Assembly (NCBI GenBank): GCA_037379345.1 | Contig: CM074511.1 | Location: 2,852,001-2,916,000, forward strand | DNA from: Perna viridis | Taxonomy: Eukaryota | Length of the DNA stretch: 64,000 nucleotides | Reading direction: 5' to 3' | Part shown: positions 10,001 to 22,791 of the stretch, one piece after another | Numbering within the stretch: position 1 is the first letter of the stretch | Layout of the letters: every line of letters begins with the position of its first letter | Program-made: the position numbers and the translations under genes | The notes under the pieces: generated by a model | Told to the model about the DNA's origin: nothing | Database searches by the model: none | Seen by the model: the letters and a program-made list of their open reading frames with translations, nothing else

Positions 10001-13000
10001 GTTTGTTCGTTTTGAGGATTCGCCAGTTCCCTTTATTTCTGTTGAAGATTCGTCTATACTCTTTCTTTCTCTTGCATATTCGTCAATACCTTTTAATTCT
10101 GTTGCGGATTTGTCAATCCAACTTGTTCCAGTTGTTGTTTCTTCACAACTCTTTGTAACTGTCGAGGACTTGTTACTACCTTTCGTTTCTATTGAAGAAT
10201 CCTCAGTAGCCTTTGATTCTCTTGAAGGTTTTTTAGAACCTCTTTCCTCTATTGCAGATTTGTTGGGATCCTTTGTTTCTATTGGGGTTCCTTCGGTTTT
10301 TGATTCATCACTGCCCTTTGTTTCGGTTAAGCATTCGTCAATTCTATTTGCTTCTTTTGAGGATTCTTCAAAGCGCATTGTTTCTGTTGAATGTATTTTG
10401 GTTTCCTTTATTTCTTTTGAAGATTCGTCAGTATTCTTTGTTTCCGTTGGAATGTCTTCAGTAACCCTTTCTACTGTTGACGATTTCTCAATCCGCTTTA
10501 TTTCCGTTAAAGTGTCTTGAGTACTCATTGTTTCTCTTGCGGATTCGTCAGGACCCTTTAATTCCATGGAGGATTTGTCAATTCCAATTAATTCATTTCT
10601 TGATTCTTCACTACTCATTGTTTCTTTTGAAAATTCATCAGTACCTTTTGTTTCTAATGAAGATTCTTCAGAACAATTTGTGTCCATTGACTGTTTTTCA
10701 GTAGTATTCGTTTCTATTGAAGGTTTTTCAGATCCCGTTTCCTCTACTGCAGAGTCGGCAGGACACTCTGTTTCTATAGGGATTCTTTCTGTTATTGATT
10801 CTTCAGTACTCTTTGTTTCTGTTTGAGCGTCTTCAGTATCTTTTCCTATTGAAGAATACTCCTCTATAGGGGTTTGTTCTGTTGTTGTTTCTTCAGTACT
10901 CTTTGTTTCTGTTTGAGAGTTTTCAATACCTTTTCCTATTGCTGAAGATTCTTCATTCCGCTTTGCTTCTGTTGAAGATTCGTAAATTCCTTTTGTTTCA
11001 ATTGTTGATTTGTCAGTACTCTTTGTTTCTATTGGGATACCGTCGATTTTTGAATCGTCAATACCCTTTGTTTCTTTTGAGGATTCGTCAGAACCCATTG
11101 TTTCTGTTGAATGTATTTTGGTTTCCTTTGTTTTTTTTGAAGATTGGTCAGTACTCTTTCTTTCTTTTGGAATGTTTTCAGTGATCCTTTCTACTGTTGA
11201 AGATTTCTCAGTCAGCTTTGTTTCTGTGAAAAATTCATCAGTATTCTTTGTTTCTGTTGGAATGTTTTCAGTGATCCTTTCTGCTGTTGAAGATTTCTCA
11301 GTCAGCTTTGTTTCTGTGAAAGATTCGTCAGTATTCTTTGTTTCTGCTGAAGGTTTTTCAGTTCTTTTCGTTTGTTTTGAGAAGTCGCCAGTTCCCTTTA
11401 TTTCTGTTGAAGATTCGTCTATACTCTTTCTTTCTGTTGCAGATTCATCAATACCTTTTAATTCTGTTGCGGATTTGTCAATCCAACTTGTACCAGTTGT
11501 TGTTTCTTCACAACTCTTTGTAACTGTCGAGGACTTGTTACTACCTTTTGTTTCTGTTGAAGAACCCGCAATAGCCGTTGATTCTCTTGAAGGTTTTTTA
11601 GAACCTCTTTCCTCTATTGCAGATTTGTTGGGACCCTTTGTTTCTATTGGGGTTCCTTCGGTTTTTGATTCGTCACTGCCCTTTGTTTCGGTTAAGCATT
11701 CGTCAATTCCATTTGTTTCTTTTGAGGATTCTTCAGAACGCTTTGTTTCTGTTGATTGTATTTTGGTTTCCTTTGTTTCTATTGAAGATTCGTCAGTATT
11801 CTTTGTTTCTGTTGGAATGTCTTCAGTAACCCTTTCTACTGTTGAAGATTCCTCAGTCCGCTTTATTTCCGTTAAAATGTCTTGAGTACTCTTTGTTTCT
11901 GTTGCGGATTCGTCAGGACCCTTTAATTCCATGGAGGATTTGTCAATCCCACTTGTTTCATTTGTTGATTCTTCACTACTTATTGTTTCTGTTGAGAATT
12001 CATCTGTACCTTCTGTTTCCAATGAAGATTCGTCAGAACAATTTGTTTCCATTGACTGTTTTTCAGTAGTATTCGTTTCTATTGAAGGTTTTCCAGATCC
12101 CATTTCCTCTACTGCAGAGTCGGCAGGACACACTGTTTCTATAGGAATTCTTTCTGTTATTGATTCTTCAGTACTCTTTGTTTCTGTTGCAGATTCATCA
12201 ATACCTTTTAATTCTGTTGCGGATTTGTCAATCCAACTTGTACCAGTTGTTGTTTCTTCACAACTCCTTGTAACTGTCGAGGACTTGTTCCTACTTTTTG
12301 TTTCTATTGAAGAATCCGCAATAGCCGTTGATTCTCTTGAAGGTTTTTTAAAACCTCTTTTCTCTATTGCAGATTTGTTGGGACCCTTTGTTTCTATTGG
12401 GGTTCCTTCGGTTTTTGATTCATCACTGCCCTTTGTTTCGGTTAAGCATTCGTCAATTCCATTTGTTTCTTTTGAGGATTCTTCAGAACGCTTTGTTTCT
12501 GTTGATTGTATTTTGGTTTCCTTTGATTCTATTGAAGATTCGTCAGTATTCTTTGTTTCCGTTGGAATGTCTTCAGTAACCCTTTCTACTGTTGAAGATT
12601 CCTCAGTCCGATTTATTTCCGTTAAAATGTCTTGAGTACTCTTTGTTTCTTTTGGGGATTCGTCAGGACCCTTTAATTCCATGGAGGATTTGTCAATCCC
12701 ACTTGTTTCATTTGTTGATTCTTTACTACTTATCGTTTCTGTTGAGAATTCATCTGTACCTTCTGTTTCTAATGAAGATTCGTCAGAACAATTTGTTTCC
12801 ATTGACTGTTTTTCAGTAGTATTCGTTTCTATTGAAGGTTTTCCAGATCCCGTTTCCTCTACTGCATAGTCGACAGGACACTCTGTTTCTATAGGGATTC
12901 TTTCTGTTATTGATTCTTCAGTACTCTTTGTTTCTGTTTGAGTGTCTTCAGTACCATTTCCTATTGATGAAGATTCCTCTATAGAGGTTTGTTCTATTGT

Positions 13001-16000
13001 TAACTCTTCAGTACTCTTTGTTTCTGTTTGAGAGTTTTCAATACCTTTTCCTATTGCTGAAGATTCTTCATTCCGCTTTGTTTCTGTTGACGATTCATAA
13101 ATTCCTTTTGTTTCAATTGTTGATTTGTCAGTACTCTTTGTTTCTATTGGGATACTGTCGGTTTCTGATTCATCATTACCCTTTGTTTCGGTTAAGCATT
13201 CGTCAATTCTATTTGCTTCTTTTGAGGATTCTTCAAAGCGCATTGTTTCTGTTGAATGTATTTTGGTTTCCTTTATTTCTTTTGAAGATTCGTCAGTATT
13301 CTTTGTTTCCGTTGGAATGTCTTCAGTAACCCTTTCTACTGTTGACGATTTCTCAATCCGCTTTATTTCCGTTAAAGTGTCTTGAGTTCTCTTTGTTTCT
13401 GTTGCGGATTCGTCAGGACCCTTTAATTCCATGGAGGATTTGTCAATTCCAATTAATCCATTTGTTGATTCTTCACTACTCATTGTTTCTTTTGAAAATT
13501 CATCAGTACCTTTTGTTTCTAATGAAGATTCTTCAGAACAATTTGTGTCCATTGACTGTTTTTCAGTAGTATTCGTTTCTATTGAAGGTTTTCCAGATCC
13601 CGTTTCCTCTACTGCAGAGTCGGCAGGACACTCTGTTTCTATAGGGATTCTTTCTGTTATTGATTCTTCAGTACTCTTTGTTTCTGTTTGAGCGTCTTCA
13701 GTAACTTTTCCTATTGAAGAATACTCCTCTATAGGGGTTTGTTCTGTTGTTGTTTCTTCAGTACTCTTTGTTTCTGTTTGAGAGTTTTCAATACCTTTTC
13801 CTATTGCTGAAGATTCTTCATTCCGCTTTGCTTCTGTTGAAGATTCGTAAATTCCTTTTGTTTCAATTGTTGATTTGTCAGTACTCTTTGTTTCTATTGG
13901 GATACCGTCGGTTTTTGAATCGTCAATACCCTTTGTTTCTTTTGAGGATTCGTCAGAACCCATTGTTTCTGTTGAATGTATTTTGGTTTCCTTTGTTTTT
14001 TTTGAAGATTGGTCAGTACTCTTTCTTTCTTTTGGAATGTTTTCAGTGATCCTTTCTACTGTTGAAGATTTCTCAGTCAGCTTTGTTTCTGTGAAAAATT
14101 CATCAGTATTCTTTGTTTCTGTTGGAATGTTTTCAGTGATCCTTTCTGCTGTTGAAGATTTCTCAGTCAGCTTTGTTTCTGTGAAAGATTCGTCAGTATT
14201 CTTTGTTTCTGCTGAAGGTTTTTCAGTTCTTTTCGTTTGTTTTGAGAAGTCGCCAGTTCCCTTTATTTCTGTTGAAGATTCGTCTATACTCTTTCTTTCT
14301 GTTGCAGATTCATCAATACCTTTTAATTCTGTTGCGGATTTGTCAATCCAACTTGTACCAGTTGTTGTTTCTTCACAACTCTTTGTAACTGTCGAGGACT
14401 TGTTACTACCTTTTGTTTCTGTTGAAGAACCCGCAATAGCCGTTGATTCTCTTGAAGGTTTTTTAGAACCTCTTTCCTCTATTGCAGATTTGTTGGGACC
14501 CTTTGTTTCTATTGGGGTTCCTTCGGTTTTTGATTCGTCACTGCCCTTTGTTTCGGTTAAGCATTCGTCAATTCCATTTGTTTCTTTTGAGGATTCTTCA
14601 GAACGCTTTGTTTCTGTTGATTGTATTTTGGTTTCCTTTGATTCTATTGAAGATTCGTCAGTATTCTTTGTTTCCGTTGGAATGTCTTCAGTAACCCTTT
14701 CTACTGTTAAAGATTCCTCAGTCCGATTTATTTCCGTTAAAATGTCTTGAGTACTCTTTGTTTCTTTTGCGGATTCGTCAGGACCCTTTAATTCCATGGA
14801 GGATTTGTCAATCCCACTTGTTTCATTTGTTGATTCTTTACTACTTATCGTTTCTGTTGAGAATTCATCTGTACCTTCTGTTTCTAATGAAGATTCGTCA
14901 GAACAATTTGTTTCCATTGACTGTTTTTCAGTAGTATTCGTTTCTATTGAAGGTTTTCCAGATCCCGTTTCCTCTACTGCATAGTCGACAGGACACTCTG
15001 TTTCTATAGGGATTCTTTCTGTTATTGATTCTTCAGTACTCTTTGTTTCTGTTTGAGTGTCTTCAGTACCATTTCCTATTGATGAAGATTCCTCTATAGG
15101 GGTTTGTTCTATTGTTAATTCTTCAGTACTCTTTGGTTCTGTTTGAGAGTTTTCAATACCTTTTCCTATTGCTGAAGATTCTTCATTCCGCTTTGTTTCT
15201 GTTGACGATTCATAAATTCCTTTTGTTTCAATTGTTGATTTGTCAGTACTCTTTGTTTCTATTGGGATACTGTCGGTTTCTGATTCATCATTACCCTTTG
15301 TTTCGGTTAAGCATTCGTCAATTCTATTTGCTTCTTTTGAGGATTCTTCAAAGCGCATTGTTTCTGTTGAATGTATTTTGGTTTCCTTTATTTCTTTTGA
15401 AGATTCGTCAGTATTCTTTGTTTCCGTTGGAATGTCTTCAGTAACCCATTCTACTGTTGACGATTTCTCAATCCGCTTTATTTCCGTTAAAGTGTCTTGA
15501 GTTCCCTTTGTTTCTGTTGCGGATTCGTCAGGACCCTTTAATTCCATGGAGGATTTGTCAATTCCAATTAATTCATTTGTTGATTCTTCACTACTCATTG
15601 TTTCTTTTGAAAATTCATCAGTACCTTTTGTTTCTAATGAAGATTCTTCAGAACAATTTGTGTCCATTGACTGTTTTTCAGTAGTATTCGTTTCTATTGA
15701 AGGTTTTCCAGATCCCATTTCCTCTACTGCAGAGTCGGCAGGACACTCTGTTTCTATAGGGATTCTTTCTGTTATTGATTCTTCAGTACTCTTTGTTTCT
15801 GTTTGAGCGTCTTCAGTATCTTTTCCTATTGAAGAATACTCATCTATAGGGGTTTGTTCTGTTGTTGTTTCTTCAGTACTCTTTGTTTCTGTTTGAGAGT
15901 TTTCAATACCTTTTCCTATTGCTGAAGATTCTTCATTCCGCTTTGCTTCTGTTGAAGATTCGTAAATTCCTTTTGTTTCAATTGTTGATTTGTCAGTACT

Positions 16001-19000
16001 CTTTGTTTCTATTGGGATACCGTCGGTTTTTGAATCGTCAATACCCTTTGTTTCTTTTGAGGATTCGTCAGAACCCATTGTTTCTGTTGAATGTATTTTG
16101 GTTTCCTTTGTTTTTTTTGAAGATTGGTCAGTACTCTTTCTTTCTTTTGGAATGTTTTCAGTGATCCTTTCTACTGTTGAAGATTTCTCAGTCAGCTTTG
16201 TTTCTGTGAAAAATTCATCAGTATTCTTTGTTTCTGTTGGAATGTTTTCAGTGATCCTTTCTGCTGTTGAAGATTTCTCAGTCAGCTTTGTTTCTGTGAA
16301 AGATTCGTCAGTATTCTTTGTTTCTGCTGAAGGTTTTTCAGTTCTTTTCGTTTGTTTTGAGAAGTCGCCAGTTCCCTTTATTTCTGTTGAAGATTCGTCT
16401 ATACTCTTTCTTTCTGTTGCAGATTCATCAATACCTTTTAATTCTGTTGCGGATTTGTCAATCCGACTTGAACCAGTTGTTGTTTCTTCACAACTCTTTG
16501 TAACTGTCGAGGACTTGTTACTACCTTTTGTTTCTGTTGAAGAACCCGCAATAGCCGTTGATTCTCTTGAAGGTTTTTTAGAACCTCTTTCCTCTATTGC
16601 AGATTTGTTGGGACCCTTTATTTCTATTGGGGTTCCTTCGGTTTTTGATTCGTCACTGCCCTTTGTTTCGGTTAAGCATTCGTCAATTCCATTTGTTTCT
16701 TTTGAGGATTCTTCAGAACGCTTTGTTTCTGTTGATTGTATTTTGGTTTCCTTTGATTCTATTGAAGATTCGTCAGTATTCTTTGTTTCCGTTGGAATGT
16801 CTTCAGTAACCCTTTCTACTGTTGAAGATTCCTCAGTCCAATTTATTTCCGTTAAAATGTCTTGAGTACTCTTTGTTTCTTTTGCGGATTCGTCAGGACC
16901 CTTTAATTCCATGGAGGATTTGTCAATCCCACTTGTTTCATTTGTTGATTCTTTACTACTTATCGTTTCTGTTGGGAATTCATCTGTACCTTCTGTTTCT
17001 AATGAAGATTCGTCAGAACAATTTGTTTCCATTGACTGTTTTTCAGTAGTATTCGTTTCTATTGAAGGTTTTCCAGATCCCGTTTCCTCTACTGCATAGT
17101 CGACAGGACACTCTGTTTCTATAGGGATTCTTTCTGTTATTGATTCTTCAGTACTCTTTGTTTCTGTTTGAGTGTCTTCAGTACCATTTCCTATTGATGA
17201 AGATTCCTCTATAGGGGTTTGTTCTATTGTTAATTCTTCAGTACTCTTTGGTTCTGTTTGAGAGTTTTCAATACCTTTTCCTATTGCTGAAGATTCTTCA
17301 TTCCGCTTTGTTTCTGTTGACGATTCATAAATTCCTTTTGTTTCAATTGTTGATTTGTCAGTACTCTTTGTTTCTATTGGGATACTGTCGGTTTCTGATT
17401 CATCATTACCCTTTGTTTCGGTTAAGCATTCGTCAATTCTATTTGCTTCTTTTGAGAATTCTTCAAAGCGCATTGTTTCTGTTGAATGTATTTTGGTTTC
17501 CTTTATTTCTTTTGAAGATTCGTCAGTATTCTTTGTTTCCGTTGGAATGTCTTCAGTAACCCTTTCTACTGTTGACGATTTCTCAATCCGCTTTATTTCC
17601 GTTAAAGTGTCTTGAGTTCTCTTTGTTTCTGTTGCGGATTCGTCAGGACCCTTTAATTCCATGGAGGATTTGTCAATTCCAATTAATTCATTTCTTGATT
17701 CTTCACTACTCATTGTTTCTTTTGAAAATTCATCAGTACCTTTTGTTTCTAATGAAGATTCTTCAGAACAATTTGTGTCCATTGACTGTTTTTCAGTAGT
17801 ATTCGTTTCTATTGAAGGTTTTCCAGATCCCGTTTCCTCTACTGCAGAGTCGGCAGGACACTCTGTTTCTATAGGGATTCTTTCTGTTATTGATTCTTCA
17901 GTACTCTTTGTTTCTGTTTGAGCGTCTTCAGTATCTTTTCCTATTGAAGAATACTCCTCTATAGGGGTTTGTTCTGTTGTTGTTTCTTCAGTACTCTTTG
18001 TTTCTGTTTGAGAGTTTTCAATACCTTTTCCTATTGCTGAAGATTCTTCATTCCGCTTTGCTTCTGTTGAAGATTCGTAAATTCCTTTTGTTTCAATTGT
18101 TGATTTGTCAGTACTCTTTGTTTCTATTGGGATACCGTCGGTTTTTGAATCGTCAATACCCTTTGTTTCTTTTGAGGATTCGTCAGAACCCATTGTTTCT
18201 GTTGAATGTATTTTGGTTTCCTTTGTTTTGTTTGAAGATTGGTCAGTACTCTTTCTTTCTTTTGGAATGTTTTCAGTGATCCTTTCTACTGTTGAAGATT
18301 TCTCAGTCAGCTTTGTTTCTGTGAAAAATTCATCAGTATTCTTTGTTTCTGTTGGAATGTTTTCAGTGATCCTTTCTGCTGTTGAAGATTTCTCAGTCAG
18401 CTTTGTTTCTGTGAAAGATTCGTCAGTATTCTTTGTTTCTGCTGAAGGTTTTTCAGTTCTTTTCGTTTGTTTTGAGAAGCCGCCAGTTCCCTTTATTTCT
18501 GTTGAAGATTCGTCTATTCTCTTTCTTTCTGTTGCAGATTCATCAATACCTTTTAATTCTGTTGCGGATTTGTCAATCCAACTTGTACCAGTTGTTGTTT
18601 CTTCACAACTCTTTGTAACTGTCGAGGACTTGTTCCTACTTTTTGTTTCTATTGAAGAATCCGCAATAGCCGTTGATTCTCTTGAAAGTTTTTTAAAACC
18701 TCTTTCCTCTATTGCAGATTTGTTGGGACCCTTTGTTTCTATTGGGGTTCCTTCGGTTTTTGATTCGTCACTGCCCTTTGTTTCGGTTAAGCATTCGTCA
18801 ATTCCATTTGTTTCTTTTGAGGATTCTTCAGAACGCTTTGTTTCTGTTGATTGTATTTTGGTTTCCTTTGATTCTATTGAAGATTCGTCAGTATTCTTTG
18901 TTTCCGTTGGAATGTCTTCAGTAACCCTTTCTACTGTTGAAGATTCCTCAGTCCGATTTATTTCCGTTAAAATGTCTTGAGTACTCTTTGTTTCTGTTGC

Positions 19001-22000
19001 GGATTCGTCAGGACCCTTTAATTCCATGGAGGATTTGTCAATCCCACTTGTTTCATTTGTTGATTCTTTACTACTTATCGTTTCTGTTGAGAATTCATCA
19101 GTACCTTCTGTTTCTATTGAAGATTCTTCAGTACCATTTGTTTCCATTGACAGTTTTTCGGTAGTACTCGTTTCTATTGAAGGTTTTCCAGATCCCATTT
19201 CCTCTTCTGCAGAGTCGGCAAGACACACTGTTTCTATAGGGATTCTTTCTGTTATTGATTCTTCAGTACTCTTTGTTTCTGTTTGAGTGTCTTCAGTACC
19301 TTTTTCTATTGATGAAGATTCCTCTATAGGGGTTTGTTCTGTTGTTAATTCTTCAGTACTCTTTGGTTCTGTTTGAGAGTTTACAATACCTTTTCCTATT
19401 GTTGAAGATTCTTCATTCCGTTTTGTTTCTGTTGAAGATTCGTAAATTCCTTTTGTTTCAATTGTTGATTTTTCACAACGTATTGTTTCTGTTGAGAATT
19501 CATCAGTAGCTTCTGTTCCTATTGAAGATTCTTCAGTATCATTTGTTTCCATTGACAGTTTTTCGGTAGTACTCATTTCTTTTGAAATTTTTTCAGATCC
19601 CCTGTTCTTTCTTGCAGAGTCGGCAAGACCCTCTGTTTCTATAGGGGTTATTTCTGCTGTTAATACTTCAGTACTCTTTGTTTCTGTTTGAGAGTCTTCA
19701 GTACCTTTTCCTATTGCTGAAAACTCTTCATTCCGCTTTGTTTCTGTTGAAGATTCGTCAAGACCCTTTGTTTCAATTGTTGATTGATCAGTACTCTTTG
19801 TTTCTGTTGGAATGTCTTCAGTAACCCTTTTTACTGGAGAAGATTCCTTTGTCTCTGTCAAAGATATGTCAGTACTCTTTGTTTCTGTTGGGGATTCGTC
19901 AGGACCCTTTAATTCGATTGAGGATTTGTCAATCCCACTTGTCTCAGTTGATGATTCTTCAGTAGTGATTGTTTCTCTTGAGAATTCATCAGTACCTTTT
20001 GTTTCTATTGAAGATTCTTCAGAACAATTTGTTTCCATTGACTGTTTTTTAGTACTATTCGTTTCTATTGAAGGTTCTTCAGATCCCTTTTCCTCTGTTG
20101 CAGAGTCGACAGGACCCTCTGTTTCTATAGGCATTCTTACTGTTGTTGATTCTTCAGTACTCTTTTTTTTACTCTTTGTTTCTGTTGAAGATTTTTCAGT
20201 TCCCTTTGTTTGTTTTGAAGATTTGTCAGTGCTCTTTATGTCTCTTATAGATTCGTCAGTACACCTTGTTTCTGTTGAGAATTCTAGAGGACCCTTTGTA
20301 TCTATTGAGGGTTCGTTAATACATATTGTTTCAGTTGTAGAGTCGTCAGTACTGTTTGATTCTGTTGACGTTTTCTCAGTTCCCTTTGTTTCTTTCGAAG
20401 AGGATTCTCCAGTTTTCTTTGTTTCTTTTAAGCATTCGTCAGTACCTTTTATGTCTATTGAGGGTTTGTCAGTACTCTTTTTTTCAGTTGCTGATTCATT
20501 AGTGCTCGTTGTTTCTTTTAAAGATTCGTCAGTGCTAATTGTTTTTATTGAGGATTTTTTAGTGCCCTTTGTTTCTGTTTTTTTAGTAGCTTTCATTTCT
20601 ATTGGAGATTTTGCAGTTTCCCTTTCCTCTGTGGCGTATTCGTCAGGACCCTTTGTTTCTATTGAAGGTGTTACAGTAGCTGTCGTTTCTATAAGCGGTT
20701 TTTCAGTTCCACTTTCCTCTCTTGAAGATTCGTCCCTACTCTTTGTTTCAGTTATGAGTTCTACTACACCCTTTGTATCTATTGAGGGTTCGTAAATTCC
20801 CTTTATATCTTTTGAAGGTTCGTAGATACCTTTTGTTTCAGTTTGAGATTCATCAGTACCGTTTGTTTCTGTTACGAAATCGTCAGTAATCTTCGTATAT
20901 GTTGAGGATGTTTCAAGAACCTTTGTTTCAGATGTCACTTCTTTAGTAACCTTTGTTTCTGTTGAAGATTTTTCAGCGGATTCGTCAGGACCCTTTGCTT
21001 CTATTAAGGATTTGTAAATACCATTTGTTTCATCTGTTGATTTTTCAGTATATTTTGTTTCTGTTAAGGATTCGTTAGTATCCTTTGTTCCTATTTTGGA
21101 TTCGTCACTACACTTTGTTTCAGTAGATGATTCTTTAGTACCCTTTGTTTCTGTTGATGGTTTTTCAGTAGCCTTTGTATTATTTGAAGGGTCTTTAGTA
21201 CCCTTTTCTACTGTTGAAGATTCCGTAGTCCTCTTCGTGTCTGTTGAATCCTTTGTTTCTGTTAAAGATTCTGCAATACCCTTTGTTTCTGTTGAGGATC
21301 CGTCAGTCATGTTTGTTTCTGTTGATGTATGGGCAGCGTTCCTTGTTTCACTTGATTCTTTAGTTCTCTTTGTTTCCGTTAAAAAATCCCTGGTACTCTT
21401 GGTCACGGAAAAAAGTTCATCAGCAGATTTTGTTAAAGGTTCCGCTGAAATGTTTGTTCTATATGAAAGTGTCTCGCCTTGTGTTGTTTTAGTTGAAAGC
21501 TCTTCGAAGGTAGCATCTGTATTCTTTGATTCTGGTATTAATTTTATTTCTATCAAGGTCTCTTCAGTTTCATTTGGGTAAATTGAATCATCTGTTTCTG
21601 TTTTAAATGCAAATGCCTCTAAATTTTCAGACATATATGTTTTGGTGTATTCCGTGTTAGCGTCTACAGCACTGTATTTGCCGTCTTTGGATGAATCTGG
21701 GTAAAGTTTCTTTATTGAATCCTTGTAGATCAAGGCTACGATATCTTTACTAGCATGTGATATTTCTTCAATTTGTTCATAATTTACTGTCTTTTCAATA
21801 TCGTCATTAAAATTGCTTTCAATGGAAACTGATTCTGAATGCTCACTTCCGTTAAATGTGTTCTCTGCTACTGACCGATTTAAGCCTAAATCGTTATCCA
21901 CTGCGTCCTCTTGTTTGAACTTTAAAAATTCTGTAGATTCTAGATTTTCCATTGCCTCTGTTAAAATACCGTCAACGAATTCTGTGCTGTATTTTGACAC

Positions 22001-22657
22001 ATCGTCAATATTTTCTCTTTCATATTTGGCTTCCCCGGTGTCAATACCTTCATTTATTTTGTCAGTTGTATATTTTGTCTCAGGATTCATTCCAGTTGCG
22101 TCCTCTGTGTCAATAATTGTTTCACGTTTAATGTCATTTTCAGTTACTTCATTGGTTGTAACCGGAACATTTTTCTCATTAACAGGCACAGATATAATGT
22201 TTTCCTCATTTGAATCCCTCGTATTAAATATTAACTCATTCGGTTGACTGGTAGTTACATGTGTATCGTTTGACCCGTACTCAATGTTTGGTTCCAAATG
22301 TATCTCATTTGTTGCGTCTTTGATGTTTTTTGTCTCGTCTATCTCATCTGATATTTCCAAATTCTTTTCAGAAACTGGATTTGTTTCCGTATTTATCCTG
22401 TCATACTCCGCTAACTGTTTTGTTTTATCAGTTTTAATGTTTGAACTGTTATTCATTCCTGCAAACTTATTTGTGTGGTCTAAATTATTTCTTGTCGCAT
22501 TGTCACTTCCATTCAACCCAGTAGCTGTCGACCCATTGTATTGTGTGGCATGATTTGTTTCAGCAATATTTTTGGCATTGTCTGTGGGCTTTTCCGAATC
22601 TTTCATGAATGGACCATATGTTGCTCCTTTTGGTTTTTTTTTTAATCCAGATGCCAT
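7030..22657 (-). CDS. Giant T/E/S/K-rich repetitive, probably disordered protein region (single ~15.6-kb exon, ~5,209 codons)
   Basis: The ORF of 5221 codons is uninterrupted. The ATG at 22657 is preceded by an in-frame TAG and an acceptor (ttttttattttttag-like| at 22677). A strong donor G|GTGAGT at 7029 lies just before the ORF stop. No signal peptide is evident. Confidence 0.88.
8497..8672 (-). repeat. Coding 30-bp minisatellite, about 6 copies of QNVEN(H/R/N)SS(G/V)x
   Basis: cagatgaatggttctcgacattctgtaatc and variants repeat every 30 bp. Confidence 0.9.
9900..19440 (-). repeat. Coding higher-order tandem repeat: 1365-bp and 750-bp units forming a 2115-bp (705-aa) period, built on a ~30-bp (10-aa, ETKSTEESST-like) monomer
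   Basis: The landmark atggaggatttgtcaat occurs at 10566, 11931, 12681, 13431, 14796, 15546, 16911, 17661 and 19026. The spacings are 1365, 750, 750, 1365, 750, 1365, 750, 1365, all multiples of 15. Array ends are approximate. Confidence 0.95.
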
Positions 22658-22791
22658 GTACTAGCCAACAAAATTCCTAAAAATAAAAAAAGAGTACAAG
22701 TTGCCAGTAATATATCAAATTTGTTTCCCCAACTAAGTTTAGTATTTGGCTCTTTAGACTAACCAGAATGTTACTTGTAAACCTATAATAT

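Noticed and set aside
7146-22553. Dozens of plus-strand ORFs (S/V/F-rich or L/F-rich) in the ORF track
   Set aside because: They are antisense shadows of the repetitive minus-strand exon and recur with its repeat period. They show no independent protein features.
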